Shown here: one piece after another, positions 12,992 through 27,900 of the stretch
Layout: the number at the start of each line of letters is the position of its first letter
Numbering within the stretch: the first letter of the stretch is position 1
Assembly: GCF_036321535.1 (NCBI RefSeq)
Contig: NC_087437.1
Span: 4,030,001-4,094,000 of the forward strand
Reading direction: 5' to 3'
Origin: Camelus dromedarius
Taxonomy: Eukaryota
DNA: 64,000 nucleotides
Made by a program: the position numbers and the translations under genes
The notes under the pieces: generated by a model
What the model was told of the DNA's origin: nothing
The model's input: only the letters and a program-made list of their open reading frames with translations
The model's database searches: none

Positions 12992-15900
12992 TCAGATGGG
13001 AGGAAAAAACGCCAAGGTGAAGACTGAGAACACTGAAGTAGGAATGTAATCATTCCAAAAGAGCTACGGAGGCACTCAGAGCTTTGTCACCAGAACCTTC
13101 CTACAGGAGCGTCTGTTCTTTCAGAGGGAAAACCTGGATGTTTTCAGGGTTTCAGCTTCAAATTCAAAAATCCTCCCAGAGGTGGAGAAAAAAGCAGCTT
13201 GGCAGGTAAAATGAGTGAAAAGTTGTCCAATGTGGGGAAAAAAAATTCATTACCAAAGGCCAAGAGAGAAAGATTATCTATTTCCCATTAGTTTACTGTT
13301 TTTCAAAGACGATGAATGTGCCGTATGGCAGGGAGGGAACCCAAGAAAAGGCTGGACTTGTCAGCATGTCTCTGATGCTCAAGGGTAGCGACTTCATGAA
13401 CAAGTCCAGGGGAAGGATCCAGAGATATTTCAATGCCAAAAGCCTTTTCCAATTATTTTCCCAATTATATCGGTCTTCATCTATTTTTTTAAAGAGCAAA
13501 ATGTTAAAGGATAGTGATCCAAAAATACGTGTGAGTGAAAGAATTCCAGCTGGAAGCAGTGCCCTTGGGAGAAACAGGATGGAGGGAAAGGGAAGTTTCT
13601 CTGTTCTGCACCCCTAAAACCTACATAAATCATCTCTTCACATAAAGTTTTTGTTATACTTTGCAGGGGAAAAAAAAAACAGATCAGAGTAAAATTAACT
13701 CTGGTGACAAAACTGAAAAACCACCTCCAGTGTCAGTTTTTATCAGACTTTGTGTTTTTCTTTCCCCGCTGATTGACGTGGTACCAAGATCAGTTCACCT
13801 GATGGATGCCGCTTGGAAGAAAAGAGACAAAGGATGTCTTGGGAGATGACGGTGCTAAGATTGTGTCTCTTATAAAGCAGCCACCTCAGTTTTGCACAGC
13901 TGATAGCGTATAAGGAGTCAGCAGAGCAAGGATCCGTCCTTAGCGCACAGGAAGCCAAGGCAAGTTCGCGACGCGGGTGGTTACTGAGTGGTCCAGAGCA
14001 TCAGGCACTGTCCAAGGTCCCCCGGGGAATCCCAAGGGCACATTCAGTCACATGCTTAATGCAAACTTTCTCGCAGAGCTCAGGAGGTCCTTTCTTGAAC
14101 TAAATGGGGAGAGGACCACCTCGTTACAGTCTGGCCAGACCGTAACAGAGAAGACGTGGCACCAGGAGGCATTAAGTTACACGAGTTCTGCCCGGGGATG
14201 GGATTAAACCGACCGTATTCTGTGGCGCAAAAACTGTCCTGGGCCACAAGGCTTCCCTATGAAACACCTGCACACACACGTATCCCCAGGGCTGAGAGTG
14301 GCACCGTGGTAGCCAGGACAGGTGGCCTTGTTGGCTCAGAGCTAACAGTTCACTACTTTATTGCTGGCCGTGAGGATGGGAAAAATACCCATCTCCCTTC
14401 CCCAAGTTTGCCTTAACAGAAAACACACGCTTTACACGTCTCTGGGATCAAGTGACAAACGCCTGTAAAACGGGAAAAAACAGCTGCGAGTGGAGGCTTT
14501 GCTGTCCAAGAAGCTTACCGTCTTGCCTCCAGCTCCCTTGGGTCCCGTTTCTCCTGGACTGCCAGGGTCGCCCTCCTCACCCTAAAGGAGGTTAGACAAG
14601 CAAAATGAAATGGTTACTAAAATCGAAGAACTACATCTTAATGTGTTTTTATTTCTACTTTTTTTTTGGGTGGGGCATGGAGGGGTAATTAGGTTTATTT
14701 ATTTACGTATTTATGTGTTTAATGGAGGTGCTGGGGATTGAACCCAGGACCTCGTGCATGCTAAGCACACGTTCTACCCCTGAGCTATACTCTCTCCCCA
14801 CATGCTATGTGTTTTTAAACTGATTCCAACACGAAGACATTTTTCATCCATATTTTTATCTTTAACAGTCTTCTTTGAAGTGTCTTGCCCCCCAACCCAA
14901 ACCCCTTACTTCTTAGTTCTGAACTAAGCACACTGCAGCCTCACTGTCTGACTTCCCCGTCTCTCCAGCCAGAACACAGCCTCCTTGGAGACGTGAACCC
15001 TGCCCTTTATTTCGTCCCCTGATCCTACCCAGGACCTGGCATTTCCTGAGCTCCGTAAGCGTCTCCAGCAGAAGTCAAAGCCTTAAGAGAGGGGAAGCCA
15101 CTGCTAACTTATTCTCTGAGGGTGATTTATAAACACATTGGAGAACTGAGCCAAGTGGAATCAGGTAATTTTCATTTCCCTTACATTTTACTTCTTTAGA
15201 GCAAAGAAGAAAATACGAATGATAGAGGGGAACGGGTGCGTGCGAGGGAAAAAGTGAGGGTGGCTTCTTCCTTAGGAATTAAAGAACTAGAATAAAATAC
15301 TTGTTGAAACGCCGGCTTCTTTCTTCGCCCCTTTCCCCATCAAGGTTTCTTTTTATTCAGTTATAACTAACAACCCTTCTATCGCCCTGTGATGCAGTTC
15401 CCGACCCTAGGGGTATCTCTGGTTGACCTCTAGTCAGTATGAAGGACACGGTACCTTGGGTCCACTTTCTCCAGGGAATCCTTCCTGCCCCTGTAATTGA
15501 CAGAAAATACACGTATGGATCATATCACACTGACTTGAATTCTGCCTGCTGCCTTATCGAGTTTAAGTGCCTGTGAACCACAGAAGGGCCAAAACAATTG
15601 GAAATGAAACTGTATAGCACGATTTGAGAAGCTAAGTCCAACTTCTAAATTAAACTGTTTACTGGGCTCAACAAAATGTCATGACAATCTAAAACAAGTG
15701 AATAAAAGTACACATCTGAGGGATTAAAATTAGCTCTCCTCTGACTGTAGTCTTCCACAGGGGAGCTGGCGATGTGGCCACGTGCCTCTGAAACAGTCTT
15801 CTTAAAGTGGATTTCAATGGAGAAATCTGGGAAGCCTGCAGTCTGAATTTGATCGTGTGTTTTCTGGTCCTCTGTTCACCTTACTTTGGCCACAGACTAT

Positions 15901-18900
15901 AGCTGATGAGGGATGCTAATCCTCATTTGGTGAAGAAAAATTTTAAGATAAAAGTTTATTTTCTGATTATTAAAAGGAGTATCTCCTCAAATACATATAA
16001 AATACCAAAGAAGAGAAAGGAGAAAAACCACCACAATCTCACTTCCCAGAACTGTAACTATAAACATTCTGTATTTGTCTGTTACAATAAATATCATGTA
16101 ATGATTTTCTTTAATCTTTAAAAACCACATTTTAACCATATGATGTTGCTTATATGTGGAATCTAAAAAACAAAAAGACACAAATGAACTTATCTATAAA
16201 ACAGAAACAGACTCACAGACATAGAGAACAGACTTATAGTTACCAGAGAGGGGAAAGGGGTGGGAGGGGATGAATTGGGAGTTAGAAATTTGCACCCCTT
16301 GGGGAGTGATGGAAATGTTAGCTGTCTTGATTCTGGTGGTGGTTTCATGGGTGTACACATCTATCAAAATTCATCCAACTGTACACCTGAAATATGTGTA
16401 GTTTACTGTATAGAAATTATACCACAATAAAGGTGTTTTTTTTTTTTTAAAAATCACCCCCCAAAATAAAAAATGCATTTTGGCACAATTGGGATAAATG
16501 GTTTTTTTTTTATTACATTCTGATTTTTCACTTGACATTGTCATATAATTTCTATACAATTAATGTATAAACATCATATACATTCATTTTTAAAGAGTGG
16601 CTAATATTCCAATGCCACAGGCTACTTAAAGGCTTCCCTTTTTATCAGATATTAAGGTTGTTTTCAATTATTCTCCATTCTAATGAAAACTTCACTGGAA
16701 AGTCCTCATTCGTTAGTTTTTCTTTTTAAAAGAAAATTTAGCTTTGAGGGGGTTTGTTTATTTCACAGCCTCTGACATCATTCCCATTGGGACTTCACTT
16801 GGAATTACATTGATCCATTATAATGTTTTAGACTTTCCAGCAAGACCTTGGTATGTCTCCATTTGCTGAAATGTTCTACCTCAGTAATTTTTGTCATAGG
16901 TCTCCAACATTTGGCAGAAAGGCTATTCTTAACTTTATTATGTTTTTGTGGACACTGCTATTATGATTTCTAAGTGATTACTATTGGTATTTAGAAATCA
17001 CTATTTACAGTATAAAATATCTTACTTCCAGACACTTAAATGTTCAGTGACAATATAAAGTTATAATCTTCAAAAAAATTATTTTTAATTTTAATTTTTT
17101 TGGGGTGGTGGAGGTAATTAGGTTTATTTACTTATTTTAATGGAGACACAGGGGATTGAACCCAGGACCCCGTGCATGCTAAGCACACGCTCTGCCACTG
17201 AGCTGTACACTCCCTGCTATAAAATTATAATTCTGGCAGAAGGTCAAAAGGTTGAATTTTGAAGTTACGGCTTGGCCTAATGCCCATAAAGCTTCTCAGT
17301 GATGGTGAAAGTAAACATCGTAAGAGGAGGGCAAATTTTGGAATGCTCCCCTCGAGTACAGAGCTTCTAAGATTGGATGCACTGCTGAGGCTGGAACCAG
17401 CCAGGCCCTGGCCGCACATCTCTGCAAAGAACAGAAAATTAATTTCAAGTTTCGATTGTTGCCTGCACCTGAAACCATCAAGCTGTTTTTTCTTCTACTG
17501 TATTCCTTATGAGATCCCAGCAAATCAATGATCGAAATCTAGCTGTAAAGGTCCAGGACTACCTTATTCACTGCTTTTTTTCTCTTAAATGTGGCCCCCT
17601 CCCCAAAAGCAACAAAAAAGAAAAGGAAAACGTCCTGCTTCCTGTCACCGTGTCTTACCTTTGCTCCTTTACTGCCGATGCTGCCATAACCCGGGCCGCC
17701 ATCACCGCCCTGTAAACAAGGCAATTATTTACAAACGCTCCTGACTACAGACAGAGGCAGGCTTACCCACGAGAGTAGAGCGCCAGTTCTTCGGTCTGAT
17801 TAGGAAAAATTAGACACCAGGATTCTCCCTCTGGGGCAGGGCACTGACATCCGGTGACCATGACACTAAAGAAAACCCTCAATACCAGATACAGATAATG
17901 CACCGTCTCTTAGTCTCATCTGTCAAAGAGCAGTAGTAATTCCCCTGCTCCTGGTGTTAGGAGGATGGAATGTGGAAGTTCCAGGTATACAGTAATCCTC
18001 ATAAAAGGAGGCGGTGGTGTTCTCTCTCCTGGACAACGTTTGTACTTTAATACCTTCGCTCTGACCCGTTTGCAGTTTGCTAGATACAAGGGAGGCGTCC
18101 TCCACGCCTGGCGTCGGGGCTGACTGCTGGGCCCCGAGCCTTGCACAGCGCCTTAAGGGAAGCCCTGGGCCCTGATGAAGGGCGGGCTGGGTTTCCAACG
18201 AACAGGTTCAGGTGGGAGGAAAGGGTGGGAGGAGGGTTGCGGGGATGCTAAAGACACGTTTTGCCCACTTTATCACTTGGCTTCAAGTGCATCTGGTTAG
18301 GATGTTTGGTGCCAGGTGAGACACCACCGTGGAAAAGCTGGCCAGGATGGGAGGAATAGCTCAGTTTCTAGAAAGCGATACAACTTGACTGGGACGCTCT
18401 CTCCGACGCTCTCTTCAGAGACCACACCTGGTATCTACTGAACTAAGAGTCCAAGAACCAGATCAAAAGCAGTGATAGAACACGAACCGCAGCGCCTCGA
18501 GGTCCCCGAAGGCCAGTGGCTCCCTTTTCTCCCAGGTCACCGGGCTCCCCCTGTCAAAGAGTACAGCAGAACGCGTCCTCGTTAGGTTGTTCGTGCAAAG
18601 GACATTAGCCGACAAGACTTTTCAACTGCATCCCTGTGTCACAGCGACGGCGGGCCTGTGGCCAGGACTGTGAGCTGGCCAAGCAACACGAGATGAGCTG
18701 CTGTGGCTGGCGAGCAAGGCTCCTCCGCTGAAGGACGAAGGCCCAGAGGGTCTGCCGACCTACTCGGGGCAGGCTGCCCTCTCAGGGCGAGCTCGGGGCC
18801 GGGGCCGCGCCCTTGGAAATGTCTCACCATGAGTAAGGGGGGGAGCCGTGCTGTTTCAAAAAGTTAACGCAACTGTTTTCCATGGTGATCTAGGCAGCTC

Positions 18901-21900
18901 ATCTGACTGCTGCAGAAACAGACTTAGTCACCTAGTTTTAAGGTTTTATGTGTCAATCAAGATAACCAAGGTAGCAAGCCATCCCTGGCCTGGCTTCTGA
19001 CCAGGAGCCACCTACTGTGGGTCATAAAGCAACCCCAGCATTCTGTTGAGGGAAGCCAGCTACCTGGGAAAGCTAATACAGGTCTACAAAAGAAGGCTTA
19101 CTCCTCTTCTTAAAAAAAAAAAAAGAAAAAAAAAAAAGAAAACCTTTAAAAAAGTTTAGATTTTAAATTTACAACAAATTAAAAAAAATTTTTAAATGTC
19201 ATTTTTATTGAAGTGTCATTGATTTACAATGTCAGTTTCAAGTATATAGCAAAGGGATTCAGTTATAAACATATATATATATTTTTTTTTTTCAGATTCT
19301 TTTCCATTACAGCTCATTACAAGAAATTGAATACAGTTTTTTTTTTTTTTAAATGGCGGTGCTGGGGGTTGAACCCAGGACCTTGTGTGTGCTAAGCATG
19401 CACTCTGCTACTGCGCCTTACCCCTACCTCCTGCAGCAGCGTTGCGAAGACAGTGGACAGTTCCCACACACTCCTCTATGGTTGATACGACACTAGTTAC
19501 ACCAGTAGCCACAACAAGTACACGAATACCGACTCATTCTTATTAAGTAAAGCCCCCACTTCATTCAGATGTCCTTAGTTTTTACCTAATGCCTTTGCCT
19601 GTCCCAGGATCCCATCTGTGATACCAATGTCACGTTTCCTTAGCCGTCTCTGGATTGTGACAGTTTCTCAGATTTTTGATGGCCTGGACAGTTTTGAGGA
19701 GTACCAGTCAGGTATGCTGTAGAGGACACCTCAGTTGGAGATTGTGTGATGTTTTCCTCATCATCACGTGGGGTTTTATGACTTTGGGGAGATATGACCC
19801 CAGCAGGGAAGCGCCCTTGTCACCACATCGTACCAACAGTATGTGCTAGTAACGTGGCTGTCACTACCGATGGTAACCTTGACCATCCTCTTGAGGGAGG
19901 ACTGGTCAAGTTTCTCCACTGTCTGTCCCCTCCTGCCCTTTCCATAATGCACTCTTTGGGGGAAAGTGTGTGGAAGAGGGCTCAGCCCACACTTAAGGAG
20001 TGGGGGTGGTTAACCCATTAAGGATAGAAAGGCAGCATGGTCCGCGTGAGATGTCCAGATGGACAAAGGTCCACCAGCACTGAGCCTGGGCGTGAAATCG
20101 AATAGGGTTCCATGGAAGGGAAGCCCTGAAGTGTGCTCTGGGGCCACCTGCCTCCCAGGGACCTGGGGTCCACATGCAAAAGGAAATTCCTGGACCCCAT
20201 TGGGTATCAGTCTCTGGCAGTGGGGCCCTAGGATATGCCTTTGTACACCAGCTTCTCAGTGGGTTCTTGGGCGCACTGAAACCTGAGAGCATCTGCTTTA
20301 AGGTAGGGAGACAAGGTAAGTCGTATGGCTTGTCCAGGGTCAAACATTTTGTTACGGGTTACAGCTAGGCACTGAGCCTGCTCCCTGGGAACTTAATGGA
20401 GAAAGGTTGGAGTAAGTGCTGGGGTCTAGAGGACTTGGGACATCTTGGGGCTGCCCAGGGGCTTTGGGTTTGCTTTGAGGGCACTTACCTCCCCAATTCT
20501 TGCCCCCTCCCATTCTCAAGTCCCTCTTATTAATAATGATCTTCCCTGCCACCGCTCCCCCGCTCACCTCCACCTCCTTCCACACGCTCACCGACACCAG
20601 CTCTAGGGTCCCTACATCCCCGGCTACCCATCTCTTGGTCCCTTCCATCATACTCCGTGGAGCGCTGTCAGTGCACCTTCAAACCTTCTCTCCACATCCC
20701 TGAGACCTGCACTCACCCACACCCTTGCTCACTGGGAGCTAAACTTGGTTCTTACCAGCGACTCTCCTGCCCTGCAGCCTTCTCCGGGGCAAGGTAGGAC
20801 CGCATGGGTTCCAAACTCTCCTTTCCAGACCATCAGAGCTACACCTCCTGTTCCAGTAACCCCTTCCTCTGGGAGCTGATTATCCTTGTCATCTGTGGAC
20901 CTCATTTCACCCTGCAGTCAACTGCCTTTGTAACACTCCGTTGCTGCCTCCACCAATGCCAGCCTTCTCGGCAGCTCTCCATCATGACAAAGCGAGTCTC
21001 CCTTCTTCTGCCCTTGGTCTCATCCTCGGTGTCAAGTTTCTCCATTACTTATCCACTCTTTCCCACATCTTCAACCTCCTCCTTTCTGTTTTTCTTCTCT
21101 CTGTTCATCAACATGCTAGTGTCTCTGGGATCACTGAAAGCAAACACATACCCCGCTCCGATCTGTCCTAGACCTTGCTGGTACTAGCAGCCAACGCCGT
21201 CTCTGTCGCCTCTAAAGCCCAGTCTCTTCAAAGAGTAGCTTTCAGCCCCATAACCATTTCTTCCTCCGGAACACACTGTTCAGTCCCTTGCAGCTGGTCG
21301 GCTGCTACGTTTTGGAATCCACTCCTTGGAGCATCCTAGCACCGCCCTCTGTTACCTGGGACTTGACTCTTCCTTGCTCCTTGAACCCTCTTTCTCAGCA
21401 TCCGGTGTGCTTTTCTGCCTCTCCCCCTCTTTCTAATAATTCATCGTCTGTTTCCTCTTACCCTTCTTACAAAGAGTCGTCCCCAAGAGTCTTTTTTTGA
21501 AATCCAAACGATTCTGAAACAGGCATCCCCAACCAGCCCTAGACCCTGTCCTCTGTCCCCGAAACCAAGTGATTTCTTCACTCTCATCCCCGCTCTCCTC
21601 CTGACTTTCCCACTTCTGTGATGGTGTGACCGCTCCTGCTGGAAGCCCACGGCTCGTCTAGACTCTTCTGCCTCAGCTTCATCCTTGAAGACTCCTAACC
21701 ATCACAAGCCCCTCCTGCCCACGCCCTGTTACGTCATGCAATCATCACTTGTGTTGGAGACCGTGAGAGCACGCCAGCCCGCCTCCACTCTCTCAGCCTT
21801 CAGATGACCTCCACAATGAGCTGCCTATTTGAAGTCTTCCAATGTCTGGCTGTGTCCATACACTCCAATCACAAATTGTAGTTAACACCGCCCTGGCTAC

Positions 21901-24900
21901 CTAGTCAAGTCAGTCACCACCCACCTTCTTGTTTTCTCTGTGCCCCTCAGACAGGACCATTTTTCATCCCCCTAAAAACGATTAACGGGATTTTCCCAAC
22001 CCTGTGCTTTCCTTCACTCTTCTTCCACATGAAATGTCCCCTCTCTGCTCATCCAGTGCTTCTCATCTTCTAAGTCCATGTGAAGTCTGCACCCTTATGA
22101 TGGCTCTTCCTCCAGCCCACAGACACTCCTATTAAAACTGCGTTTAAATCTCCTCTTCAGTTCCTCACCCCAACTTGTGCTTTACGTCATAGGCTAGTGT
22201 CTTGAAAATATTCTAGCAGCCACTGTGTAAAATGGTATGGAGGTTCCTTAAAAAACTAAAAATAGACTTACCATATGACCCAGGAATCCCACTCCTGGGC
22301 ATATATCCAGAAGGAACCCTAACTCAAAAAAGACACCTGCACCCCAATGTTCATAGAAGCACTATTTACAACAGCCAAGACATGGAAACAGCCTAAATGT
22401 CCATCAACAGGTGACTGGATGAAGAAGATGTAGTAATATATGCACAACAGAATGCTACTCAGACATAAAAAAGAATAAAATAATGCCATTTGCAGCAACA
22501 TGGACCTGGAGATTGTCATACTAAGTGCACTAAGTCAGACGGAGAAAGAGAATTATGTATCACTTATATGTGGAATCTAAAATAATAATACAAATAAACT
22601 TATCTGCAAAACAGAAATAGACTCAGACATAGAAATCAAACTTATGTTTCCAAAGGGGAAAGGAAGGAGAGAGGGATAAACTGGGAATTTGGGATCAGCA
22701 GATACTACTGTACGTAAACTAGATAAACAACAAGGCCCTCCTGTAGAGCACAGGGAACTGTATTCAATGTCTTGTAATAACCTATCATGAAAAAGAATAT
22801 GAAAAAGAAGATATCACTGTGCTGTACACCAGAAACTAACACAACATTGTAAATCAACTCTACTTCAATAAAAATTAATTAATTAAAATATTCTAAGTTC
22901 TGTGAGGTTGACTCTATGTCATCCTTATCATTACACAATCCAGAAATTCTTTCATTAAACAAGTGTTTACTGAGCGCTTCTCAGTGCCAGGGACTGTTCT
23001 AAGCTCTAGGGATTCAGAGAGAGCAAACTGACAGGGATTCCTGCTCTCCTGGAGCCGACTTTCCAGCCCAGCTGAATGCCAGCAGGGCACCTTCTTCTTA
23101 AAAGGCGCTCAGCAAAGGTTTGTATGAGCGGGGGAAAGAAAGGAAGAATAAGAGAAGGCGGGAGGGAGTGGGGGAGAAAGGCAGACCTGCCCCGGAGCAG
23201 TCCCCCTCCCCGGAGACCCCCCGGCTCAGATCGGGTGGAGCCCTCCTGAGAGGATGCTGAGCTCGAATCCCTGACCTCATCCCAGTCCACACCCACACCC
23301 TTCGATGCTGCTGGCGCTCCAAGAATCAAGCCCGGGCATAGGGACTATGAGGTATGCTCTCCTCTGTGTTGAAAGTGCTCTGGCTAATTCAACCAGACAC
23401 ACTTCCCTTGAGAGGCAAAACTTCAGCTGTCATGGGTATAAAGAATGTGACCTACTTTAGTTCCTTGGCTTCCCCATCGGCCTTGACTCCCTGCCTCTCC
23501 CGCAGGTCCTGGAAGCCCCTGAAACAAAACAAGGATGACAAATGCAGCAGAACATAAAGCAGCCTTCCTCTAAACCCTCTGTGTCTCTTCTGAGATGAAA
23601 AGGAACCACAGATGGGAAAAGAGGGGTGGTTTTATTGATTCCTGCTCTGGAAAAAAACAGTATCACAGCTGTCAAATAAACATCAGTAACCAAAAGGAAA
23701 TTAATAAAGCGATCCACGCCAGCTGTTGCCGGAATGCTCGCTTTTCCCCCGCGAGTCGTCTCCTCCAAAGAGGTTTTAGGTTCTCCCTGTTTTGCTGTCG
23801 GAGAAGATGGTGCTGAAATGTCTCCCGCTTTAAGAAGGCATTTCAAATGACATTTGCCTTCAACTGCAGCCTTCCTGGCTCCTTGTTTTGGCAGGAAGCA
23901 TGTTGATGTCATTGTGGAAGGTAAACTTATCTTTATTTGCAAATGACATGATTAGAACAATAGGAAGCTCAAGAAACTTTACTAAAAATAATCAGCATTA
24001 ATAAAATATATTCAAGTGGTACACGATAAATATTCTGGTATCATTTCCCTTTCCTAGTGATAAGTTGGAAAAGTAAATGTAAATAAATTCCCATGTACCA
24101 GTAAGAAAAAAAAAAAAACTGTAAACTACTTAAATTTAACAAGATAGAAGACCTACTTAAGAAAGCTGTAATATTTTACTGAAGTACCTAGTAACAAAAT
24201 TTAAACAAATGGACAAACGTACCACGCATCAATATGGAGAATCCATTTGCTATAGCAGAAGCCTCTCCAATATTCTAGAAAACGTGCTTTCCCGGGACAG
24301 CTTTAGAGCTGCACATTTAAAAACCCCAATTCAGAGACAGCCCCACTGCCTTCCTATGTTATTGACTCTTGGGATGAGTTTTTCCTCTGGGAGATCCAGA
24401 CATGTGGCAACCAACCTCTTTCGGTTACACTGTTCTCAGGTACTTGTAAGTAATCCAAACACCAGTGGATTGAAATTATTTTCACGTTTCTTTTTTGCCA
24501 TGGTTACTATAATTTAAAAATAAATAAACCAAATCTGTGTAATAAGCATGATACTAAGTCAGAAATAATGGTCATTAACCTTTTCATCTTTTGAAAAATT
24601 AAAAATGTAATAAGTTGGACATTGAAAATTTCCTAATAGGAAAGACAGCTGAACAACGCCTTGGTTACTAGGGAAGATAATGATCTTTCCCCAAGCTTCC
24701 AATCCCCTCCTCCCTTCTTCATCTTACAAGAGTCTCCATTTCTTCACTCTCCATAGCTCTTAACCCTTTCTCTTCTAACTTTCACTCCCCCACTGCATGG
24801 AGCTCCCATGACCTTCGTGTTTAACCCAGTTGACTTTTTTTCAGTTCTTACCTTATTTGAATTTGATCACATATTCTTTGACACTTTCCCATTAACTTCT

Positions 24901-27900
24901 GTAATGCCAAGTCACCACGGTCCTCCTGGTCCCTCCTTAGTCTCGTCTCAGTAAATTTTGAAGACATTTCTTCTATTTGCCTCTTAAATCTCCAGGAACC
25001 CCAGGCCCCTCTGATCTTATATTTTCACAACATCCCCTTTTCCTGATTCACACACCACTCCTCTAAAATGATTCCTAAATATGTGACTCCAGTTGGAACC
25101 ACTCAACTGAACAATGGACTCAAATATTAAAATGACTATTTGGTATCTCACGGGAATTCATTACCAAAGACAGTCATACTGCCCAAACTCACTCAGTCCC
25201 ATATTGTTTCCATGAGGAATGGGGCCACCCTTTACTTCCTCTGCAACCCAAGCCAGTAACCTAAGAACATCACCTTCCCTCCAGCTCGTCTCCAAGTCGA
25301 TCAGCTACAAGCCCTGCAGAGCCTTCCCTGTTCCTGTAACCACCTCACTTCCATTCCCACGGCCACCACCTACCTGCAGGCCCTGCTGGCATTTCTGCTG
25401 AAACTCCCGGCTTTCCGGACCGTAGCCTGGCCTCCCTCTAATGCATTCTCCTTTCCATTTTTCCTTTCTATTTAAAATGTCAGGCTGATGCTGTTACTTT
25501 GTCTGAAATTCTGAATGCCAAGTAGCTTTCAGAATGAAGTGGAAGGTTTTTATTGCTATGAAATAATACCTGAACACGTGGGTGTCACATGCCTCCAGTC
25601 ACCTGGGGCTGCTTCAGTCACGCTATGGTCATGCTCATCAAACCACCTGAAGCCCCCAAATATTCCTCGTTGTCTTATGCCTCCCCACTTATGTAAGTTG
25701 TTCCCTTGGCTCTTCCATTTTCCTGTCTCAGGAGAGGCAGAATCTCCCCATCCTGAAAACCTTACTTTCAGTGTCACTGTTTCAAGAACACCCGAACCCC
25801 CTGGAATGCTGGGTCTCATCACTGTCCCACAGATTCCTCTACTCTGCATGTGGCTGTCCATTTATTTCTCTGTCTCACCCACTAGATACCAGCCTGTATG
25901 CTCCTTGAAGGAAGTGGCACATCTTACTGCCTTCATCTCTCCAGAACTTAGGATTGTACCTGGAAGTGATCAGTCCATCCATCCACTCCTCTATCCATCC
26001 ATCCACCTATCCAGGAATGGTCCCCAAGAGGGGTGAAATCATGTGTTTAATTTGTTGGTTTTTCCATGTGAAATTTTCATGAACTTCATTGAAGGGTGAA
26101 GTAGAGAGATTTTAATGTCCTTGACAATAAGGGGTAAGCCAGAAGTCTCACTTAAGAGCTCACTCTCATGCTTCCTTCAGACATAATGAGCTCTATGAAG
26201 GTCATTTCTGAGACATGACTTCATGTGTAGTCCCCTGAAGCACACACAGGCGCAATAAGACATCAACCTGCTTGAAGGCCTTCCAAAATACACGAATTCT
26301 TGGATGGATGGATGGATGGATGGATGGACGGATGCAGATAGCCTTGGCACTAGAACATTAGAAAACCTGACTGTGCGTAGAAACGATGAACAGTACATAT
26401 ACGTAAATTTAAAAATATGTGTGCAGTAAAAAAAAAGTCTATCAAGCCATGAAAGACATGTAAGAAACTTAAAAGACATATTACTAAATGCAAGAAGCCA
26501 GTCTGAAACTGTACGATTCCAACCAAATGACCTTCTGGAAAAGGCACAGCTACAGAAACAATAAAAAGATCATGGTTTCCAGGGCTTTGGGGAGAGGGAG
26601 GGAGGGAGGGAGGGATGAACAGGTGGAGTATAAGGGATTTTTAGGGCAATGAAAGTATTCTGTATGATACTATAGTGGTGGCTACATGTCATCATGCATT
26701 TGTCAAAGCCTGCAGAATGTACAACATCAAGAGTGAACCCTAATGTAAACTGTGGACTTTGGTTGATAATAACGTGCCCATGTTGGTTCATCGATTGTAC
26801 CAAATATGCCACCCTGATGAGGGATGTTGAGGGCAGGGGAGTATATACGTGTGGGTGGGGAGGGCTATGTGCGAACTCTCTGCATTCTCTGCTCAATTTT
26901 GTTGTGAACCTGAAACCGCCCTAAAAAATAAAGTTTATTTTTTAAAAAAGAAAGAAAACCTGATTCGGTTTCCTGGGCAGGGTCATACAAGTACCAGACT
27001 AGGGGTTGTGACTGTCTGAATGGGACTCAAGCTCCAGTGAACTCTTCCTCAGATACATGACCTACTCAAACACTGCCGTTTGTAAAAGGGACCCTGTACC
27101 TGAACAAAAGAAGAAAAATTCCCTGCAACCCCCAAGATGTCAAAGAGTCAAAAATGTACCTTGCTCTGATATTAAGAGGAGCAGTAGAGTGTAGAGAGAC
27201 ACTTAGAGCATTTAAAGGGGAAGGGCGCTAGCCAGAGGGCCAGTCACCACTGGCTTTGTTGTAATGGCGGCCACTTATAGAATAATTTATTTTGTGCAAG
27301 GCTGTGTGCTGAGGGGTATATATTTATATAGAGAGACTGCTTAGTCCTTCCACAACACAATGAGATACCTATCATTAACACCAGCTTACCAGTCACAAAC
27401 AGACTCTCAAAGCGTTTACCCACAAACCACTCGGTTAATGAGAAGGTGGGACTTAAACCCGACTCTGACTCTGAGCTGTCAGCCAAGTACATCTGCTGTT
27501 CCGAGGCCCACGTCTGGGACAGGATTCTGAAACTCTTGCCATCCACCCACCAGCTGAGATTGGAGTTTTAAAAAATGTGCATCTCCAGACTTGACACAGG
27601 AGGCTGGGGCCAGATTTAACCTCTCACATGGGAACTTGGGCTGGGGATCATGTTCACGGTGAGACCACCACAGAGTCCTTGTGAAGAGATGCTTGGAGTG
27701 TAAATGTTTTTAAAAATTGTCTTTGGCTAGCATCTTATCAGAAGGGATTGCACTAGGAGTTTGGGGTAAATGGTTAGAGCACTGCCAAGGACAACATGAC
27801 CTTGGACGGGACAGGGCAGGGCAGGGGCAAGAGGTGTGGGAATCTTGTATCTTATTATTCTCATTGGGGAGGAAACCCAGTCTACACAGAACTAGCAACT

